From: Gammaproteobacteria bacterium
GTDB taxonomy: Bacteria > Pseudomonadota > Gammaproteobacteria > Steroidobacterales > Rariloculaceae
Assembly: GCA_035644475.1 (NCBI GenBank)
Contig: DASQOL010000004.1
Coordinates: forward strand, 1,288 to 65,287
Length of the DNA: 64,000 bases
Reading direction: 5' to 3'
The stretch's first letter is position 1. Each line of letters starts with the position of its first letter. Made by a program: the position numbers and the translations under genes. The notes below the pieces were generated by a model that was not told where the DNA came from, ran no database searches, and worked only from the letters and a program-made list of their open reading frames with translations. Of the stretch, positions 1 to 8,350 are shown one piece after another.

Positions 1-135
1 CGACGACCAGAGCAAAGCCTGAAGCACTCGCCGCCCGCTCGCAGAGGCGCCGCACGCGGAACAACTGCTTGGCACCGTGCGCCGGCCCTGCTAGCATCCG
101 CGTCCAATACCTCTAACTGGTAGGCTTCCGCCGAC

Positions 136-2610
136 GTGCTGCTTCACGACCTGATCGTGGCGTTGCGACGGATCGCGCGTCAGCGCTTCTACAGCGCGCT
201 GAGCGTCTCGGCGCTCGCGTTCGGCCTCGTCTGCTTCATCGCCACCTACCTGCTCGTGAGCTACATCCGCGGCTACGACCGCCACTTCGCGAACGCCGAC
301 CGCACGTACGTCATCGCCCAAAGGGAGCGTGCCGAGGGCGAGGGCTTCGACACGCCGTTCAGCGTGAAGAGCGCGCTGCACTTGGCCGAGCAGCTCAGGC
401 TCGACGTGCCGGAGCTCGCGGCCGTCGCCCGCCGTCAGCAAACGTTCCTGCCGGTGGCGCTCGACGGGCAACCCACGCTGCGCGCGATCTCGTACGTCGA
501 GGCGCCGTTCTTCGACATCTTCGACTTCCTCACGCTCGCCGGCGACGTGCACGGCGCCGCGCAGCCGCGCAGCGCCGTGCTCACCCGCCGCACGGCGCAG
601 CAAATGTTCGGCGACGCCGCCGCCGTCGGGCGAACGATCACGCTCAACGGCAGACAGCGGGTCGACGTCACCGTCGCCGCAGTGATCGAAGACTTGCCCG
701 CCGCGTCGCACCTCGCGCGAGGCTCGCTGTTCGCCAACGGGTTCGACCTGCTCCTGTCGTGGGACGTGTACGAGCTGATCGGCAGGACGCCGTCCGTCGA
801 CAGCTGGGTCCAAGGGCCCGTCTATACCTACGCGCTTCTGCCGGAGGACGGGTCCTTCACCGTCGCGCAGCTCGACGATCGCTTCCCCGGAATCGTCGAG
901 CGCAACGTGCCGCAAAACGTGCGCGCGGCAAACGCGATCGAATTCCGGGCGCAGCCGGTATCCTCGATCGCGGCGACGGCTCTCCAGCAGGAATTCGAGG
1001 GATTCAACAGCACGCCGTGGCGAATCGACGTCCTCGGCACGCTGCTGATCTTCGCGGCCGGGATCCTCGTGATCGCCTGCCTGAATTTCGTGAATCTCGC
1101 CACGGCGCAGTCGAGCGGCCGCACGCTCGAGATCGGCACGCGCAAAGCCGTCGGCGCCGATGCCTCGCTCGTGGTTCGGCAGGAGCTCGTGCAGACCGCG
1201 ATCCTCGTGACCCTGGCCATCGCTCTCGCTCTGGCCGCAATCCCGCTTGCCACGAAACTGCTCACGGGCCCGTGGCCGATGGCGTTCGCGCTGCCGTGGC
1301 GCGAGCCGCGCTTCTGGATCTTCCTCGCGGCGCTGCTCTCAGGCGTGACCCTCGCGGCCGGCCTGTACCCCGCGCTGGCAGTCGCGCGGATCCGTCCCAC
1401 CGCGGCGCTGCGCCTCGGCACCGCCCGCGCGGGGCCGAAGGTGTTGCGCACCGTGCTGGTGGGCGCGCAGTTCGCCAGCGCGAGCTTCCTCGTCGCGCTC
1501 GTCGTGGTGCTGCTCGCGCAACGCAACGACTTGCGCGAGACGCTGCTCGGCCGCTTCGCGGACCCGTATGCGGTCTTCGCGATCGCGCCGACGGCGCAAG
1601 TGCCCGATCGCGAGGTCCTCGCAAGCGAGCTCGCGCGCGGGCCGGGCATCAAGGGCGCAACCTATATGACCATTCCGCCTTGGACCGAGGGCCCGATCGT
1701 GCCGGTGAGCCGCGCCGTCGAGGAGCAGGCGCCGCGCTTTCCGCTGGAACTGCAACCCGTGGGCTACGACTACTTCAAGCTGCTCGACGTTACGGTCGTC
1801 GCGGGACGCGTCTTCGAGCGCGAGCGCGCCGACGACGTCATACCGCGCGGCGAGCAGGCTTCCGCGGCGCGGCAGGGCCGTCCGACCGTCGCGGTGCTCG
1901 ACACCACGGCCGCGCGCGCGCTCGGCTGGCCGAACGCCGCGGACGCCGTCGGCGAGATCGTCTACCGCTCCGGGACTCCGACGGAGGTCATCGGCGTGGT
2001 CGAGCCCATCACGATGCAGATCCGCGCGAGGGACAGCGCGGGCGCGGTGTTCACCTTGGATCCGCCGGTCAGCAATATGTGGCTCGCCCGGCTCGACAAG
2101 AGCAACGTGGCCGCCTCGCTCGCGCACATCCGCGACACGATGCAAGCGGTCAGCCCGAGCCGCGCACCTCCCTCCCTCGGTTTCTTGGATCAGATGTTCG
2201 AAAGCGCCTACTGGGCGTTCGCGCTGATCAACCGCGTGCTCGGCGCGCTCGCCGCCTTTGCGATCGCGATCTCTGCCGTCGGGCTGCTCGGCATGGCGAG
2301 CTACATGACGCAGCGGCGCACGCGCGAGATCGGCGTGCGCAAGACGCAGGGCGCGTCGCCGGGCGCGATCGCGCGGTTGCTGCTCGCCGAGTTCTCGAAG
2401 CCCGTGGTGGTCGCGAACGTGGTCGCGTGGCCGTTCGTCTTCATCGCCGCGAACGCCTACCTCGGAGTGTTCACCAAGCGGATCGCGCTCACGCCGCTGC
2501 CGTTCGCGCTTGCGCTACTTGCGACGCTGGCGCTCGCGTGGGTCGCGGTCGGCGCACGCGTCTGGTGGGCCGCTTCGTTGAATCCCGCGAGGGCCCTGCG
2601 GCACGAGTGA
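136..2610 (+). CDS. MacB/FtsX-family ABC-type permease, duplicated form (824 aa)
   Basis: Uninterrupted ORF with a GTG start. The N-terminus MLLHDLIVALRRIARQRFYSALSVSALAFGLVCF is a typical first TM of MacB/FtsX permeases. There are two FtsX-type blocks (GTRKAVGADASLVVRQ... and GVRKTQGASPGAIARLL...), each followed by TM helices. Third-position GC bias is strong. Confidence 0.85.
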   Translation: MLLHDLIVALRRIARQRFYSALSVSALAFGLVCFIATYLLVSYIRGYDRHFANADRTYVIAQRERAEGEGFDTPFSVKSALHLAEQLRLDVPELAAVARRQQTFLPVALDGQPTLRAISYVEAPFFDIFDFLTLAGDVHGAAQPRSAVLTRRTAQQMFGDAAAVGRTITLNGRQRVDVTVAAVIEDLPAASHLARGSLFANGFDLLLSWDVYELIGRTPSVDSWVQGPVYTYALLPEDGSFTVAQLDDRFPGIVERNVPQNVRAANAIEFRAQPVSSIAATALQQEFEGFNSTPWRIDVLGTLLIFAAGILVIACLNFVNLATAQSSGRTLEIGTRKAVGADASLVVRQELVQTAILVTLAIALALAAIPLATKLLTGPWPMAFALPWREPRFWIFLAALLSGVTLAAGLYPALAVARIRPTAALRLGTARAGPKVLRTVLVGAQFASASFLVALVVVLLAQRNDLRETLLGRFADPYAVFAIAPTAQVPDREVLASELARGPGIKGATYMTIPPWTEGPIVPVSRAVEEQAPRFPLELQPVGYDYFKLLDVTVVAGRVFERERADDVIPRGEQASAARQGRPTVAVLDTTAARALGWPNAADAVGEIVYRSGTPTEVIGVVEPITMQIRARDSAGAVFTLDPPVSNMWLARLDKSNVAASLAHIRDTMQAVSPSRAPPSLGFLDQMFESAYWAFALINRVLGALAAFAIAISAVGLLGMASYMTQRRTREIGVRKTQGASPGAIARLLLAEFSKPVVVANVVAWPFVFIAANAYLGVFTKRIALTPLPFALALLATLALAWVAVGARVWWAASLNPARALRHE

Positions 2611-2638
2611 CGGGGCGCGCGCACCGGGTGCCTTGGCG

Positions 2639-3166
2639 CTACGGCGGCAGCACCAGCTCCATCCCGAAGACGCTCGACGGGCGCGGCCCGCTCTGCGCGA
2701 TGATTTCGATGCCGTCGTCGCGCACGAGCCAAACTTCGATCGCGCCTGCCTCGAGATAGGCAGCGACCTTCTCGTTCATGTCCGCCACGGTGTTCGACGG
2801 GGACAGGACCTCGATGCAGATTTCCGGTGCGTTGACGAAAGGCGTGGTCAAGCGGTGACGCACGATGAAATCGTGCGAAGCCCACGCGACGTCGGGCACG
2901 CGCACGCCGATCTGCGTCTCGATCGAGCATTCGGTAAAGGTCGTGCCGTCGGGACGCAGCCTGCGCAGCTCGCCCGCAATGAATGCTTGGAGCATTCCGT
3001 GGCGATTGCTGCCTGGACTCACCTCGATCGCGCCCTTTTCGTTGAGCTCGACTTTGTACGGGATCGCTGCGAGCAGCGGATCTCCGATCATCTGCAGCCA
3101 GCGCTGGCGCAGCTGCGCACGCGAGAGTCGAGGAGAAGTGGCTCGTTCTGCGGTTGTGGCGTTCAT
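2639..3166 (-). CDS. Uma2-family (DUF820, restriction-endonuclease-like fold) protein
   Basis: Shows the Uma2 pattern: YKVELNEKGAIEVSP, then HG..Q, VPDVAW, and EICIEVLSPSN...K...YLEAGAIEVWLV (PD-(D/E)xK-like core). I chose the ATG at 3166. The ORF track extends to a GTG at 3223, which is also possible. Confidence 0.7.
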   Translation of the reverse strand: MNATTAERATSPRLSRAQLRQRWLQMIGDPLLAAIPYKVELNEKGAIEVSPGSNRHGMLQAFIAGELRRLRPDGTTFTECSIETQIGVRVPDVAWASHDFIVRHRLTTPFVNAPEICIEVLSPSNTVADMNEKVAAYLEAGAIEVWLVRDDGIEIIAQSGPRPSSVFGMELVLPP

Positions 3167-3277
3167 GTTTCGGATTCGGGGCCGAACGGCTGATTCGAAT
3201 GTACGCCGATCCGCATACGGCACAAGCGCAGAAACGGGCTATTCGGCCGCGAAACGCGTTGCCCGAGGCAGCTCTGC

Positions 3278-3401
3278 GATAGGGGCCTGCGGCGATCGTC
3301 ACGGCGACGGACGAGTTTTCAACAATCGTCCGGTATTTCCGGACGGGATCGGCGATTTCGTCCGTCGACGTGACGATCCTGCGGAGGCACCCCATCAGCT
3401 C
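3278..3401. repeat. Structured intergenic repeat, copy 1 of 2 (nested hairpins)
   Basis: About 124 bp, roughly four of five positions identical by eye to 7295-7418. An outer inverted repeat GATCGTCAC...GTGACGATC and GACGGACGA...TCGTCCGTC encloses a central hairpin CGTCCGG-TATTT-CCGGACG. It lies in a divergent promoter region, upstream of the + strand permease gene. Confidence 0.6.
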
Positions 3402-3525
3402 ACTGTTCTCTATCGCGCGCGAGTGGCAATACGCGCAGCGTCACCGGACGGTCACCGGGGCGCAGGCCGATCTGGCCGGCGGCCCTGCTTGACCGAGCCC
3501 GCGCCACCCGATCATCCTGCGCTCC

Positions 3526-4737
3526 GTGAGAGCCCTCGACACAACGTGGATGTCGCTGACCGCGCTGCGGCGCTACCCGCTGCGCACCGCGATGCTGCTG
3601 CTCGCGATCGCGATCGGCGTGGCCGCGGTGGTCACGCTCACGGCCGTGGGCGAAGGCGCGCGCCGCTACGTGAGCGGTCAGTTCGCGTCGCTCGGCACAC
3701 ACCTTCTTATTGTGCTGCCGGGCAGGGCCGAGACGGCCGGCGGCGGCATCCAGGGCCTGCTCGTCGGCGAAACCGCGCGCGAGCTCACGCTGCAAGACAC
3801 AATCGCGCTCACGCGCAGCGCGGCCATCAAGCAGGTCACGCCGCTCGTGGTCGGCGCCGGCACGATCTCGTGGCGCTCGCGCGAGCGCGACATCACGGTG
3901 CTCGGCACGAGCGAGCCGATGGCGGCGATCCAGCACTGGGCCCTGGAGCAAGGCCGCTTCCTGCCGCCGAGCGACCTCGACGTCGCGACGCCGGTGTGCG
4001 TGCTCGGCTACACCGTCGGCAAGGAGCTGTTCGACAACGCGAGCCCGGTCGGCGAATGGCTGCGCATCGGCGACTCGCGCTGCCGCGTGGTCGGCGTGCT
4101 CGCGAAGCAGGGACTCGCGGGCGGCTTCAACGTGGACGAGACCGTGACGCTGCCGATCGCGAACGCGCAGCAGATTTTCAACACGTCGGCGGTGTTCCGG
4201 ATCCTCGTGGAGGCGAGCAGCGCGGACTCGGTGCAGGCCGCGAAGCGCTACATCACCGCCGCGATCAAGCTGCGGCACGCCGGCGAGGAGGACATCACGG
4301 TAGTCACGCAGGACGCGCTCGTGTCCACGTTCAACTCGATCTTCGGCATGATCACAGCGGGGCTCGCGGGAATCGCCGCGATCAGCTTGGTGGTGGCGGG
4401 CGTGCTGATCATGAACGTGATGCTCGTCGCGGTGAGCCAGCGCACCAACGAGATCGGCTTGCTCAAGGCCGTGGGCGCGCGCAATCGGCAGATCGTCGCG
4501 CTGTTCCTCACCGAGGCGTGCTGCCTGTCGGCGCTCGGTGCGGCGGTCGGCTTAGGCATTGGCCAAGGCGGCACGTGGCTGCTGCACGCCGCGTTCCCGG
4601 TGCTCGACTTCGCGGCGCCGCCGTGGGCGTCCGCGTCGGCTGTGGGCGTGGCGGTGGCGAGCGGCCTCGTGTTCGGCATCCTGCCGGCGCGGCGCGCGGC
4701 CGGGCTCGACCCCGTGGCCGCGCTCGCGAAGCGGTGA
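3526..4737 (+). CDS. MacB/LolCE-type ABC permease (single FtsX module, 403 aa)
   Basis: N-terminal TM (RTAMLLLAIAIGVAAVV), a large periplasmic-type domain, and a C-terminal FtsX block (NEIGLLKAVGARNRQIVALFLTEA) with 3 TMs. The start could alternatively be the ATG at 3550. Confidence 0.85.
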   Translation: MRALDTTWMSLTALRRYPLRTAMLLLAIAIGVAAVVTLTAVGEGARRYVSGQFASLGTHLLIVLPGRAETAGGGIQGLLVGETARELTLQDTIALTRSAAIKQVTPLVVGAGTISWRSRERDITVLGTSEPMAAIQHWALEQGRFLPPSDLDVATPVCVLGYTVGKELFDNASPVGEWLRIGDSRCRVVGVLAKQGLAGGFNVDETVTLPIANAQQIFNTSAVFRILVEASSADSVQAAKRYITAAIKLRHAGEEDITVVTQDALVSTFNSIFGMITAGLAGIAAISLVVAGVLIMNVMLVAVSQRTNEIGLLKAVGARNRQIVALFLTEACCLSALGAAVGLGIGQGGTWLLHAAFPVLDFAAPPWASASAVGVAVASGLVFGILPARRAAGLDPVAALAKR

Positions 4738-4744
4738 CGCGCCG

Positions 4745-5944
4745 ATGCGCAGCCAAGACTTCGTAAAGCTGATCGCGCAATCCGTGGCCGCGCACCGGAT
4801 GCGCAGCGGGCTCACCGCGCTCGGCATCGGCATCGGTGTGACGGCCGTGGTGCTGCTCACGTCGATCGGCGAGGGCTTGAACCACTACATCGTCGACCAG
4901 TTCACCCAGTTCGGCACCACGACGCTCGCGGTGCAGCCGGGCAAGTCGAGCACGTTCGGGGTCGCGCCCGGCGTGCTGAACTCGACGCGGCCGCTGTCGC
5001 TCGGCGACGCGGAGGCGCTCGCGCGCGCGCCGCACGTGCTGCACTCGGTGCCGATCGTCACCGGCAGCGGCTCGATCGAGGGCAACGGCCGCGAGCGCAC
5101 GGTGAGTGTCTACGGCGTGGGCCCCGAGTTCGACAAGGCGTTCAAGTTCAACGTGAAGAGCGGCACGTTCCTGCCGCCCGACGAGCTCGAGCGGGCGCGG
5201 CCCGTGGTGGTACTGGGCTCGAAGACCTACGCCGAGCTCTACGGCACGAGCAACGCGCTCGGCGAGCGCGTGCGCATCGGCGGCGAACGCTACCAGATCG
5301 TCGGCATCATGGAGACCAAGGGCGATATGGTCGGCGTGAACCTCGACGACACCGTATATATTCCGGCCGCTCGCGGGCTCGAGCTCTTCAACCGCCAAGG
5401 CCTGGCCGAGATCGACGTGCTGTACGCGGAACGCTCGAACGTCGCGGAGGTCGTCGACGGCATCAAGCGGGTCCTGCTCGCGCGCCACGGCGGCGAGGAC
5501 TTCACGATCGTCACGCAGCAGCAGATGCTCGACGTGCTCGGCTCGATCATCGGCGTGCTCACGCTCGGCGTGGCGGCGCTCGGCGGCATCTCGCTGCTCG
5601 TGGGCGGCGTGGGCATCTTCACGATCATGACGATCGCGGTGCGCGAGCGGACGCAGGAGATCGGGCTGCTGCGCGCGGTGGGCGCGCGGCGGTCGCGCAT
5701 CGCGCAGCTCTTCGTAGGCGAGGCGATGCTGCTGTCGGCGATCGGCGGGTTTGGAGGTCTCCTGCTCGGCGTGGCGATCGTGGTGCTCACGCACTTCGCG
5801 CTGCCGTCGATGCCGGCGCGGATCTCGCCGCTCTACGTGGTGCTCGCGCTCGTGATCGCGGTGGCGATTGGGTTGATCGCCGGCGTGCTGCCGGCGCGCA
5901 GCGCCGCGCGGCTCGAGCCGCTCGACGCGCTGCGCACGGAATAG
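4745..5944 (+). CDS. MacB/LolCE-type ABC permease, paralog of the preceding gene (399 aa)
   Basis: I chose the in-frame ATG at 4745 (MRSQDFVKLIAQSVAAHRMRSGLTALGIGIGVTAVV), 8 nt after the upstream stop. The track ORF start at 4559 is an over-extension across the upstream gene. The FtsX block is QEIGLLRAVGARRSRIAQLFVGEA. Confidence 0.85.
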   Translation: MRSQDFVKLIAQSVAAHRMRSGLTALGIGIGVTAVVLLTSIGEGLNHYIVDQFTQFGTTTLAVQPGKSSTFGVAPGVLNSTRPLSLGDAEALARAPHVLHSVPIVTGSGSIEGNGRERTVSVYGVGPEFDKAFKFNVKSGTFLPPDELERARPVVVLGSKTYAELYGTSNALGERVRIGGERYQIVGIMETKGDMVGVNLDDTVYIPAARGLELFNRQGLAEIDVLYAERSNVAEVVDGIKRVLLARHGGEDFTIVTQQQMLDVLGSIIGVLTLGVAALGGISLLVGGVGIFTIMTIAVRERTQEIGLLRAVGARRSRIAQLFVGEAMLLSAIGGFGGLLLGVAIVVLTHFALPSMPARISPLYVVLALVIAVAIGLIAGVLPARSAARLEPLDALRTE

Positions 5945-6124
5945 CGCGACGCGAATGTCCGCTTCGGTCAGTTGTTCGCGTGGCGACTCAACTTCTGGCG
6001 ATTGCGGTCCCCGGAATGTCGTCTTTCGATCGGAACGGGACGATCAGAGAAACGCCGTCAGCGCAAAAGCGCGCCGTCAGTCAGCCGCGGCGGAGGCGCT
6101 ATCCCTTGCCGGTACATCGTGCTG

Positions 6125-6757
6125 TCATTGATCCCGTCGTCCGCCGTGCCGCTTTCGGAACTCGAGGAATGAATAGAGCCGCACCCCGAGCGCGGCCACA
6201 ACCAGGATCATCGCCACACCAATGACCCAACGGCCCCCGGTCGGCTGCACCAGTGCGGTTACGACCAGTGCCAAACCGCCGACCACGACCACCCGCGCGA
6301 GCAGCCGATGAGTGCGCAACCACACCTCGTCGTCGTGGAACGTCCAAGCGTTGCGTATGCCGATGATCGGGTTCTTCCTGAGCCGGCCCATCCCGTTACC
6401 GAGCACGACGAATGCGACGCCTACCAGAACTGGCGCGAGCAAGCCGTACGGCAGACGGATCCCGCCGCGCTCAATCAAGGTCGCGGCCAAATGCGCGACG
6501 CACAGCGCTGCGACGACGATCTGGGTCAAGCGCAAGTGCTTCCGCACCGAGGACGCACCTGGATCGCCCGGGTAGTGCCGAGTCGTCGTAGCGATCCAGG
6601 CCCAGATCGCGGCGGCGGCAAATGGTGGGAGAAAGACTCCGAGCGCCGGCCACAAAAAACCACGCTCCCGATACAGCGTCACATTCAGCGCAGCTGCCAG
6701 TACGAACGCGGCGCTGACGAGGACGCCTGTCCAGAAATCGATGCGTCGAACTCTCAT
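6125..6757 (-). CDS. SdpI/YhfL-family membrane protein (immunity/signal-transducer-like)
   Basis: Polytopic membrane protein containing the motif RKNPIIGIRNAWTFHDDEVW, characteristic of SdpI-family proteins. Its start overlaps the stop of the upstream ArsR-type gene by 4 nt. Confidence 0.7.
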   Translation of the reverse strand: MRVRRIDFWTGVLVSAAFVLAAALNVTLYRERGFLWPALGVFLPPFAAAAIWAWIATTTRHYPGDPGASSVRKHLRLTQIVVAALCVAHLAATLIERGGIRLPYGLLAPVLVGVAFVVLGNGMGRLRKNPIIGIRNAWTFHDDEVWLRTHRLLARVVVVGGLALVVTALVQPTGGRWVIGVAMILVVAALGVRLYSFLEFRKRHGGRRDQ

Positions 6758-7038
6758 CGCTTTCTCCGTCGCGGTGGCCTAAAAAAATCGACCAGCATCG
6801 CCGATACGTCCTGAACAACGGTCGTGTTCAGCGAGTACACCATCTGCTGCGCACGCCTTTCGCAGCGGATCAGCTCCGCACCCTTGAGCACGTTGAAATG
6901 GTGCGACATTGAGCCGTCTGTCAAATCGAACTCCGCAGCGATTTCACCCGCCGTGCGCGAGCCCTTTTGCAGAATCTTGAGAATCCGGCGGCGGTTCGCA
7001 TCGGCAAGCGCCTTGAAAACGGTGTCAGCCTTGATCAC
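6754..7038 (-). CDS. ArsR/SmtB-family (SdpR-like) transcriptional repressor
   Basis: Sequence FKALADANRRRILKILQKGSRTAGEIAAEFDLTDGSMSHHFNVLKGAELI is a canonical ArsR winged-HTH. It is translationally coupled to the SdpI-like gene. Confidence 0.85.
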   Translation of the reverse strand: MIKADTVFKALADANRRRILKILQKGSRTAGEIAAEFDLTDGSMSHHFNVLKGAELIRCERRAQQMVYSLNTTVVQDVSAMLVDFFRPPRRRKR

Positions 7039-7046
7039 TCGGCGAG

Positions 7047-7072
7047 TGTATTTTGATATCTATCAAAATACA
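7047..7072. promoter_or_regulatory. AT-rich inverted repeat, candidate operator of the ArsR/SdpR-like operon
   Basis: TGTATTTTGATA-TC-TATCAAAATACA has 12-bp perfect arms. It starts 9 nt upstream of the ArsR-type start codon and is strikingly AT-rich against the GC-rich background. Confidence 0.5.
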
Positions 7073-7294
7073 AGAAACGCTTAAGTACCGTCAAGAGACG
7101 AGGCGCCCGCTTCGCACACGACCATCCGCTGAACAAGAGCGTAGGGAGGGACGCCGGCAACCGCGCAAAGAACTGCTCCGCGTCGAGACTCAAAAGATCA
7201 GCTGCGCTGAGTCGGGCGTTTGAGCGCGCCGGAACGTTAACGCGTCGACATCGCCTTGCCGCGACGATGCGCTATCCGCGCCGTGTAACTCGAT

Positions 7295-7418
7295 GATAGG
7301 GGGGCCGCGGAGATCGTCACAACGCCGGACGGTTCTCGAGGATCGTCCGGAATTTCCGGACGGAATCGATGATTTCGTCCGTCGACGTGACGATCTTGCG
7401 GGGGCACCCTACCGGCTC
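7295..7418. repeat. Structured intergenic repeat, copy 2 of 2
   Basis: Same architecture as 3278-3401: GATCGTCAC...GTGACGATC outer pairing and a central perfect hairpin CGTCCGGAA-T-TTCCGGACG. It ends 23 nt before the MarR start. Confidence 0.6.
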
Positions 7419-7440
7419 GCGGCTCTCCGGGGAGCTTCAG

Positions 7441-7959
7441 ATGATCACCGCCGAGGCGGATGACCGGCGTGCAGGCGCACGATCCCGTGCCCTGATGGCT
7501 TCGCGCGCGCGGCTCGCACAGACCGAGCTGATCGAGGAAATCGTAGCGACCGCCGAACGCATCACGGCGGCGCTGTCGTTCGGCGGCGAGCCGATCGTAA
7601 AAACCGACGCGATTTGGCGGTTGCTGACCACACTCGATCGCTCCCCGTACTGCTCGATTTCCGATGCCGCGCGATTGCTGCGCGTCCCCAAGCAGCGCGT
7701 ACACGAAACCGCTCGCAAAGCGGAGCTCGCGGGCCTGGTCGAGCTCGCGGCCAATTCGGACGACCGACGCATCGTCCAGATCCTGCTTACCCGCGCCGGC
7801 CGCTCGCAGATCGCAGCGCGGCGTTCGATCGAGAACCAATGGCGCAACGTGCTGCTGAACGGTCTGGACGAGCATCGCCTAGCGACGACGGTGCACGTGC
7901 TGCGCGTCATTCGGCAGCGCCTGCTGCGCGACGAACGCGAACGCCGCACCCGAGAATAA
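7441..7959 (+). CDS. MarR-family transcriptional regulator
   Basis: Contains the winged-HTH block ISDAARLLRVPKQRVHETARKAELAGLVELAANSDDRRIVQILLTRAGR. I chose the ATG at 7441. The track start at 7369 lies inside the intergenic repeat. Confidence 0.8.
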   Translation: MITAEADDRRAGARSRALMASRARLAQTELIEEIVATAERITAALSFGGEPIVKTDAIWRLLTTLDRSPYCSISDAARLLRVPKQRVHETARKAELAGLVELAANSDDRRIVQILLTRAGRSQIAARRSIENQWRNVLLNGLDEHRLATTVHVLRVIRQRLLRDERERRTRE

Positions 7960-8028
7960 GGTTCCGGCGCCGTTGCGCACGGCGAGTGCTAAGCTGTGAA
8001 GCCGCGAATTGCAGCGACCGAGATTCAC

Positions 8029-8334
8029 ATGAGCCACACCCAGCTTCCGAGATCCACGCGCGCCGTCGCGGCCGCCGCCGTCGGCGCCATGGCCGCGCTC
8101 CTGACGGGCGCGCCCGCTGCGGCCGACGTCGTGCAGGGCACCGTCAAACCCGCCACGGCCAAGGTCGCGATCAAGAACGCCGCCGGCGAGCAGGTCGCCG
8201 AAGTGAGCGGCGGCGCGTTCCAGCTGCGGCTGCCGGCCGGCAAGTTCACGGCCGAGTGCCCCGCGCCCTCGCAGAAGAAGGTCACGTTCTTCAGCCTGGC
8301 GCAGCCCACGAGCGTGAACATCGACTGCTCCTAG
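8029..8334 (+). CDS. Small exported protein, unknown function
   Basis: Signal peptide MSHTQLPRSTRAVAAAAVGAMAALLTGAPAAA, followed by about 70 aa of beta-rich sequence with two Cys. It is co-directional with, and 70 nt downstream of, the MarR gene. Confidence 0.55.
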   Translation: MSHTQLPRSTRAVAAAAVGAMAALLTGAPAAADVVQGTVKPATAKVAIKNAAGEQVAEVSGGAFQLRLPAGKFTAECPAPSQKKVTFFSLAQPTSVNIDCS

Positions 8335-8350
8335 CCCCGGCGCGAACCCC

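Noticed and set aside
91-915. Many long ORFs in the track overlap better-supported genes on the opposite strand or in other frames. Examples are 91-915(-), 759-2759(+), 1339-2145(-), 3400-4278(-), 4508-5794(-), 8291-9136(-), 9241-10272(-), 15423-16673(+), 17359-18531(+), 19447-20850(+), 20724-21905(-), 32119-34524(+), 37214-38302(-), 39233-40783(-), 50708-51928(+), 52088-53221(-), 57526-58446(-) and 59202-60353(+).
   Set aside because: These are typical high-GC shadow ORFs. Their translations are dominated by Arg, Ala, Gly and Pro, lack recognisable motifs or TM/signal logic, and each overlaps a gene with clear family signatures.
5945-6124. Short ORFs 5972-6172 and 5980-6225 in the spacer after the permease pair.
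   Set aside because: They have no RBS, Arg/Ser-rich translations, and overlap the 3' end of the SdpI-like gene. I treat this as non-coding spacer.
7369-7440. A possible leader peptide or N-terminal extension of MarR (MISSVDVTILRGHPTGSRLSGELQ) encoded within copy 2 of the nested-hairpin repeat.
   Set aside because: The homologous stretch in copy 1 has no start codon and runs into an unrelated frame. MarR homologs do not need the extension, and the paired arms point to a structural element instead.
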